This document shows positions 56,272 through 64,000 of a stretch of DNA of 64,000 bases, in pieces. Made by a program: the position numbers and the translations under genes. Source of the DNA: the human T2T-CHM13v2.0 reference genome, Homo sapiens. The notes beneath the pieces were generated by a model. It saw only the letters and a program-made list of their open reading frames with translations. It had not been told where the DNA came from and searched no databases. The DNA lies in the NCBI RefSeq assembly GCF_009914755.1, contig NC_060932.1. One strand, 5' to 3'. Numbering within the stretch: position 1 is the stretch's first letter; each line of letters begins with the position of its first letter.

Positions 56272-59200
56272 TGGAAAAACCAAAAGAGGTTTAACATTAC
56301 TACTTAGGAAAATACAATTTGGTATCATAGGGAAATACATTTATACCAAGAAATAAATAAAATATATATTTAAGCTCATGCTGGACAAACGATACTGGAA
56401 AGAACATGGAGTGACAGGAACACGTGGAGACTATTGGCAGTTGCACAGATATTGTGTTTGCCTTCTATAAAGTCTATTCTGGCAGAAGTGTGAGGGATGA
56501 AACTATTCAGTAGAGAACCTGAAATGTTCTACTTATACCTCTTTGTGTCTAAGCTTGACACCTTAATACCTTGTTCTTCCAATATGTAATACTATTCCCC
56601 TTAATGTTTTCATATTAATAAATATTGAGATTTGACTAGAAAAATAAAATCACACATATGCATAGTATTATGTAGAGAGAGATACAGAAGTGTGACATTG
56701 TGTTTATACTCCCAATTATTCATCAAATATTAATCAGCCTGTGCTTTTGTTCCATCAAACTGGTAAGTGCTTGAGGGTATAAACTAAATTGGATACCATT
56801 TCTCAGTTAGGAGAGTTTCTGGCAAGATTTTTTTAAAAAAAGCAAAACAAGGATACTCTAAACATTTGAAACCACACATGAAGGTAGACACAATTTGGAT
56901 CTGAATGTGGACATGTCTAATAGAGCATTTCTCTATGTGGTGAGTTAAATAACAATATCCAGTTAACTACATAGAACGAGGTTCAAAGTACAGATCTTGT
57001 CATGTAATGTGAGTGACTCACAATGCCTCGAGTATGGAATAAGAAAGAGAGAATTGCAAAAAAATTATAGATTTAGATGAGATTTTGCTAACGATTTTGA
57101 ACTTTTTCTTCCTTTATGTGAATTGTGAATTATAAAAAAAAGAATGTTCTTACTTAGTCATTGATCACTTCATCCTTCATACATATATATATATATGCAT
57201 GTACACATACAAAAGAATTAGAACAAGGATTAATTTCTAATAGCAATGTGTCTCCTTTAGCTATTCTCATTGGTTCTAGTAGCCTGGAATAGCATAGCTC
57301 CGTGCATGCAATATATGATCAATAGATGTCTGCCCAGTTGTTGAATTATTTTATATTAAAAAAGCAGGTGAGTAGGAAACTCCATATTTCTCTTTAAAAA
57401 CTAAGTATAACAAGTTGTTTTGTCATTTCACACTTCAATGGATGTTTTTCCCTCATGAATTAGTGACCGACATAAATAAAACTTTCTAGTCCCTGTTTTA
57501 GAACATATAAATTCAAGAAGAGAAGAGAAGAGATCTATATATGATGCCCCTAAGAGTTTGTATTGATTGCAACTTCACAGGTCAACTATTATTATCACAA
57601 ATAGAGCTATGATAGAGCAGCCTCAGCCACAATATTCATTCGTATTTGTTCATTCACCTAACATTTATGGAGCACCTACTTTGAGCCACGCCAACTTAAG
57701 TGACCACAGCCTTAATTAACTGAAGGGCAGGGGCAAATTTACAGACGGTTGCACTATAGCCATGATGCAAGAATCTGCTTTACCAGACACAAAGATAAAA
57801 AAGAACAGTAATTCCACAAATGCAATGAAATATTTGTCAGTTATTTCTCAGACTTTGCTAACACCGGGACAAAAGAAAGATGATAATAATCACAGGGTCG
57901 GTGCTCCTTGGATCGCCCACAGGAGCTGGTCAAGTTCTTTCTTGTGTCTCAAAAGCACAGGAATATGGCTTTGACTTTGCAATATCCATCTATTCTCTGT
58001 CCCTTGGACTTTTCATTGCAATGTTGAATAATTATACCAATGAATCTAGGAGTCAGTGTCAAACCTTGCCCATATATACTCTGAAACACTAGTTTTGCAC
58101 AAATGTCCTTCCCTTCTAATTCTGTACTTGTCTTACAGATTGTTTTTTCCAATGCTTTATTTACTCTACAACAAGCTAGCTACTTTTCCTGAGGCAAGGA
58201 ACTTCTGTGGCCATAACTTTTCTATTTTTTACTTTCTTCTCACTTTACAGAGGCAAAAATATCTTTAAAAAAATTAAATAAAAATTGTCACTCACAGGTT
58301 TTAAAACTCCGGAAAAGAATACAAAGCTCTTGTGTTTAGAGAAGAAAAATTTTCTTTGTTCCTGATGAGAAGTAAAGAGAGGAGGAGTAGCTGGGGTACA
58401 GATAGTACAAGATTTGTGAGATGCTGCTATGAGATCTTGTCCTTAAGGTTAATAGTCTCATAAATTTATTAGTGTGAGTGGATTCTTGAAAGAGTTTATG
58501 TTTGCATTTTGATAAACAGAGGCAGCCTGCAAAGAAGACACAAAACATGAATTTTCAAGATCTAAGAATCGGGAAAACTTGTAAAAAACTCTTAAGTCTT
58601 TCAAGCTATGAAATGCTTTAGTGTTTAAGGCAATTATACTTAAATCATCCAGGATGGTAAAAGAATCCCAAAAGATTTTAATTTAACATCACTTTAACAA
58701 ATATTAAGAAAATAATAATGAATACAATATATTAAGTTTCTTCCCCAGTGTGGTTTAATGAGTGGTCAAAGAGACAAAAACAAACAAACAAAAACAAAAG
58801 AAAAAAGGAAAAAGAAAAGTAGCAGATAATATGTAATTGTACAAATTGAAAGCAATTGTACAGATTGAAAACAATTGTATATAAAGGGTATTATTTGCAG
58901 GGAATAAACAATAGAAAAATTGGGTTACAATTAATATTTCTTGAAAGTATACCATGTGCAAGCCTTAGGTAAAACATGTGAATGTTTATGAGGTTTTAAT
59001 TGTTCCCATAAAATGTAGTCTTGTGTGTTCTCATCATGTATACAAATAACCTCTGCCTAAAAGAGGTTCTGTGTTAAAGAACACAGTCTTGTGAGATGGT
59101 AGCATTTCCTGGACCATTGTGTTTGGGGGCCAACTAAACCAGGGGATGTTTCTTATCTTCTCTGAGTTCAGGCCTAGTTAGGGCCAATTAAGCTCCTCTT

Positions 59201-59385
59201 GATCCTATACTTACTTCTGGAAGCTGAATCCCTGTGTCCTGTTGCCTTTGGTCAACCCCTCTTCAGAACTGCATTAACAGATCAACTCAAGACTTAAAAT
59301 GCTCCAGGTTGATTGCTCTGCACTTCTTAACTCCAGGCTTCCCGCTGAAATAAAGTTCATTAGAACCAGATTAGAGCTTAACCAA

Positions 59386-61167
59386 CTCCCTCCCTCCCTT
59401 TCTCCCTCCCTCCCTCCCTTCCTTCCTTCTTCCTTCCTCCCTCCCTCCCTCCCTTCTTCCTCCCTCCCTCCCTCCCTTCTTCCTCCCTCCCTCCCTCCCT
59501 TCTTCCTTCCTCCCTCCCTCCCTTCCTTCCTTCCTCCCTCCCTCCCTCCCTCCCTCCCTCCCTTCTTCCTCCCTCCCTCCCTTCCTTCCTTCCTCCCTCC
59601 CTCCCTTCTTCCTCCCTCCCTCCCTTCTTCCTCCCTCCCTCCCTTCCTTCCTTCCTCCCTCCCTTCCTTCCTTCCTCCCTCCCTCCCTTCCTTCCTCCCT
59701 CCCTCCCTCCCTTCTTCCTTCCTCCCTCCCTCCCTTCCTTCCTCCCTCCCTCCCTCCCTCCCTTCTTCCTTCCTCCCTCCCTCCCTTCCTTCCTCCCTCC
59801 CTCCCTCCCTCCCTTCTTCCTTCCTCCCTCCCTTCCTTCCTCCCTCCCTCCCTCCCTCCCTTCTTCCTTCCTCCCTCCCTCCCTTCCTTCCTCCCTCCCT
59901 CCCTCCCTCCCTTCTTCCTCCCTCCCTCCCTTCCTTCCTCCCTCCCTCCCTCCCTTCTTCCTTCCTCCCTCCCTCCCTTCCTTCCTCCCTCCCTCCCTCC
60001 CTCCCTTCTTCCTTCCTCCCTCCCTCCCTTCCTTCCTCCCTCCCTCCCTCCCTCCCTTCTTCCTTCCTCCCTCCCTTCCTTCCTCCCTCCCTCCCTCCCT
60101 CCCTTCTTCCTTCCTCCCTCCCTCCCTTCCTTCCTCCCTCCCTCCCTCCCTCCCTTCTTCCTCCCTCCCTCCCTTCTTCCTCCCTCCCTCCCTCCCTTCT
60201 TCCTCCCTCCCTCCCTTCCTTCCTTCCTCCCTCCCTTCCTTCCTCCCTCCCTCCCTCCCTTCTTCCTCCCTCCCTCCCTCCCTTCTTCCTCCCTCCCTCC
60301 CTCCCTTCTTCCTCCCTCCCTCCCTTCTTCCTCCCTCCCTCCCTCCCTTCTTCCTCCCTCCCTCCCTTCTTCCTCCCTCCCTCCCTCCCTTCTTCCTTCT
60401 TCCTTCCTCCCTCCCTCCCTTCTTCCTTCCTCCCTCCCTCCCTTCTTCCTTCCTCCCTCCCTCCCTTCTTCCTCCCTCCCTCCCTTCTTCCTCCCTCCCT
60501 CCCTCCCTTCTTCCTCCCTCCCTCCCTTCTTCCTCCCTCCCTCCCTTCTTCCTCCCTCCCTCCCTCCCTTCTTCCTCCCTCCCTCCCTTCTTCCTCCCTC
60601 CCTCCCTTCTTCCTCCCTCCCTCCCTCCCTTCTTCCTCCCTCCCTCCCTTCTTCCTCCCTCCCTCCCTTCTTCCTCCCTCCCTCCCTTCTTCCTCCCTCC
60701 CTCCCTCCCTTCTTCCTTCTTCCTCCCTCCCTCCCTTCTTCCTCCCTCCCTCCCTCCCTTCTTCCTCCCTCCCTCCCTTCTTCCTCCCTCCCTCCCTTCT
60801 TCCTCCCTCCCTCCCTCCCTTCTTCCTTCTTCCTCCCTCCCTCCCTCCCTTCTTCCTCCCTCCCTCCCTTCTTCCTTCCTCCCTCCCTCCCTTCTTCCTC
60901 CCTCCCTCCCTTCTTCCTCCCTCCCTCCCTTCTTCCTCCCTCCCTCCTTTCTTCCTTCCTTCCTTCCTCCCTCACTTCCTCCCTCCCTTTCTTCCTTCCC
61001 TCCCTTCCTTCTTCCTTCCTTCCTCCCTCCCTTTCTTCCCTCCCTCCCTCCCTTCTTCCTTCCTTCCTTCCTCCCTCCCTCCCTCCCTTCTTCCTTCCTT
61101 CCTCCCTCCCTCCCCTCTCTTCTTCCTTCCTTCCTTCCTCTTTTCCTTCCTTCTTTCCTTCCTTCCT
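59386..61167. repeat. About 1.78 kb polypyrimidine/polypurine complex tandem repeat (CCCT/CCTT/CTT units)
   Basis: Plus strand is C/T only apart from one A near 60974; higher-order periodicity visible. Confidence 0.97.
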
Positions 61168-61300
61168 AATTTAAATCATATGATAATGGAATTTACATTA
61201 TGATATGATTGCTAAAATTACTTGAGCATATTAAAGGTAATATTTAAGGGGAAAAATAATTAAATAGGAAAAATTACTGAAGGAAACTAAAAATATTTTA

Positions 61301-61598
<298 letters not shown>

Positions 61599-61724
61599 TC
61601 AAGATGGCTATTCAGCGGGGCTAGGAACATAGGAATAGCTAAAATGCTGTCATTTTTGGGGGGCGGATTTGCACATGTAGAGGAGATAAAGTGAAATAAA
61701 CAACAGATGCACACAGGCTTTTTG

Positions 61725-62150
61725 CGAAGCCCTCCCTTACTCATAACTAGGAAAGATTAACAGAGTCAGAAACCTTTAAAGCTCTGACAGAACATTGCCC
61801 ACTGGCTACCATCTATTCCTTCTGAGGGCTGCTGCCTGACAGGTTTCATCTGCACAACATGACCACCTTTTCCCTGGGCCTTTCTTCTCCTCTCTGTCCC
61901 ATAACCTGTTTGGCCATGTCCTGAGCTCTTATTCTTTTGTAACCTCAAGTTGGTGTAAAAGCATCAGTTGTCTGGCCATTTATTTGAGCTTTTAATATTA
62001 GTATGCCTCCCATGCCCATATGCACATTAATATATTTGTATATGTTTTCTTCTGTTAATCTACCTTTTGTCAGTTGATTTTCAGTGAACCTGTTTTTCTC
62101 CCCTACACTACCATTGATTTTCAGCAAAGTTTTCTTTTGCCCCTATACTA
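61725..62150 (+). mobile_element. ERV1 LTR 3' part (MER34/MER39-like)
   Basis: TTTTCTTCTGTTAATCTACCTTTTGTCAGTTGATTTTCAGTGAACCT...CCCCTACA terminal motif. Confidence 0.6.
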
Positions 62151-62994
62151 CTGAGGAAAATAATCAGAAACACATAAAAGTTACTTCATATTTATTTATA
62201 AACTTAATATAAAATGTGTATCTCCAGAAATAAAAAAATGGCTGAATAAGTTACACTAAAACCATATAGTGGAACTGTTGAAAATAAGTATTTAAAATTT
62301 TTTTGAGGTCACCAGAAAATGTATATAATATGCAAGTAAGTAAAAAATATGGAACATAAAACTAAGTGCGCAGAGTGATAATTATTTACAGATAGAGATA
62401 CAGATATAGATGTATATCTATCTAAGTAAAGAATTAAAAAAATAAACAGAAGGAAACATATCCAACTATTTAGAGTTTTTATCGCTAGAATGTAGATCAT
62501 TTACTTTAAAAACATTTTTCCACAATATGTGTTTTTAAATTTTTAATTGAAAACATTGTATCCACACCATTAAATAATGTTACCAGAAAATTAATTATGT
62601 CATATAAGAAGATATTTTTAATTTATAATAGACAAGATAGCTCAATGCTGCTTTTATTTATTCTTTTTTCCCCAAAATTAATAGTGTTACTAGAGACCAA
62701 ACACCTTCTCAGCCTCAGGGACAGCCCTTGAAACTAATATATTGCCTGCTAGTCTGGTGTTCTGTGTTTTCAACAAATGTAGACCAAATAATATATTTGA
62801 TGAGATTGTTCGCAACTCATGGGTTAGGTTACTGTCGTATCCATCTTTGTACCCCTATTTATTGCTCAATATAGGAGTCAGCAAATTTCTAATAAACATA
62901 AATTGTCAGGGATGGGACTAAGTTTTTTTTTCTCTCTTTTGAATTTCTTCTTATACAGCTAACATAGTCCTTTGTATAGAGAAATAATCAAAAA

Positions 62995-63368
62995 CTATAC
63001 TTATTTGTGGGAGCTAAAAATTAAGTCCATGGAACTCATAGAGATACACAGCAGACTGATGGTTACCAGAGGCTGGAAAGGGTAGTGGGGGTGGGGTGGA
63101 GAAGTGGAATTGTTAATGGGTACAAAAAATAGAAAGAATGAATGAGACCTAGTATTTGATGGCACAACAGGGTGATTATAGTCAATAATAATTTAATTTT
63201 ACATTATAGAATAACTAAAAGACTATAATTGAATTGTTTATAACACAAAGAATAAAAACTTAAGGCAATGGATACACCATTTACCATGATGTCATTATCA
63301 AAATATCTCATGCACTCTGTAAATATGTACACCTACTATGCACCTACAAAAATTAAAAATTAAAAAGA
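62995..63368 (+). mobile_element. L1MA-type 3' UTR fragment
   Basis: CTTATTTGTGGGAGCTAAAAA...GATGGTTACCAGAGGCTGGAAAGGGTAGTGGGG...ACCTACTATGCACCTACAAAAATTAAAAATTAAAAA. Confidence 0.85.
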
Positions 63369-63379
63369 AGGAAACTGTT

Positions 63380-63724
63380 GTCATGTTTCACTTAAGAAGG
63401 GTGTAGTTCTGAGAAATGTGTCTTAGGCAATTGCATCATTGCACAAACATCATATATTTAACTTTCACAAACCTAGATGGAACAGCCTCCTGCCAACTTA
63501 GGCTGTATGGAATAGCAGATCGCTCCTAGGGTATAAACCTGTACAACATGTTACTGTACTGAGTACTGTGGGCTTCGTAACACAATGGTAAGTACTTGAG
63601 TATCTAAACATATCTAAATATAGCATAGAAAAAGCACTGTAAAAATAGTTTTATAATCTTATGGGACCACAGTCATATATACAGTCTGCCATTGATGAAA
63701 ACGTCATTATGCAGCACATGACTG
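63380..63724. mobile_element. Tigger3a/MER7-like DNA transposon
   Basis: GTTCTGAGAAATGTGTCTTAGGCAATT...ACAAACCTAGATGG...AAACGTCATTATGCAGCACATGACTG. Confidence 0.82.
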
Positions 63725-64000
63725 TAGTTGCTAGATTAATGTGAGTTAAAGCTTAACATCATATTCATGCAAAACTAAATGCCACCCAACCTGTGATATT
63801 TACACAGAAAGTTAAAATCAGCATCAAAGATAGGCGTGCTGTGATGGGAGCTTGCTGCTCTGTTGGGTGGGTGCTGTAGGGTAAACCACAAGCTTTTTGT
63901 ACTCAGAAAATAGCACTTTGACTGTTTTACCCCTTAGGGAATCTCTAATTTAATAAGGAGTTCTCAGTAAATACTAAATCAATTTATCTACCTATGTGTC

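Noticed and set aside
59299-61203. 634-aa (+) Pro/Ser/Leu-rich and 534-aa (-) Gly/Arg/Glu-rich ORFs
   Set aside because: A C/T-only strand (or its A/G-only complement) cannot contain stop codons, so these ORFs are artefacts of the repeat; no domain or exon evidence

Overview
Repeat-dense primate (hominoid-like) genomic DNA, probably intergenic or intronic. No intact host protein-coding gene, RNA gene or CRISPR array is supported. The long ORFs come from retroelements or low-complexity sequence. The dominant structure is a ~15 kb nest (9730-24658): an old MLT1 LTR is split by a minus-strand ERV1 provirus (MER52-type LTRs, tRNA-Pro PBS, ATGA target-site duplication). That provirus carries an Alu in its 3' LTR, an internally deleted two-LTR HERV-K(HML-3)/MER9 provirus and a 5'-truncated L1PA2-like element. 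An MST LTR interrupts the other half of the MLT1. A second nest (36679-38638) is a ~460 bp Tigger2-type DNA transposon hit by two independent head-to-head MER41 LTRs; the right one ends in tandem PBS/leader/U5-end units. A ~1.78 kb almost pure C/T tract with 243 bp higher-order repeats lies at 59386-61167. Family and subfamily names come from recalled consensus sequences, not from a database search, and boundaries of old elements are approximate.
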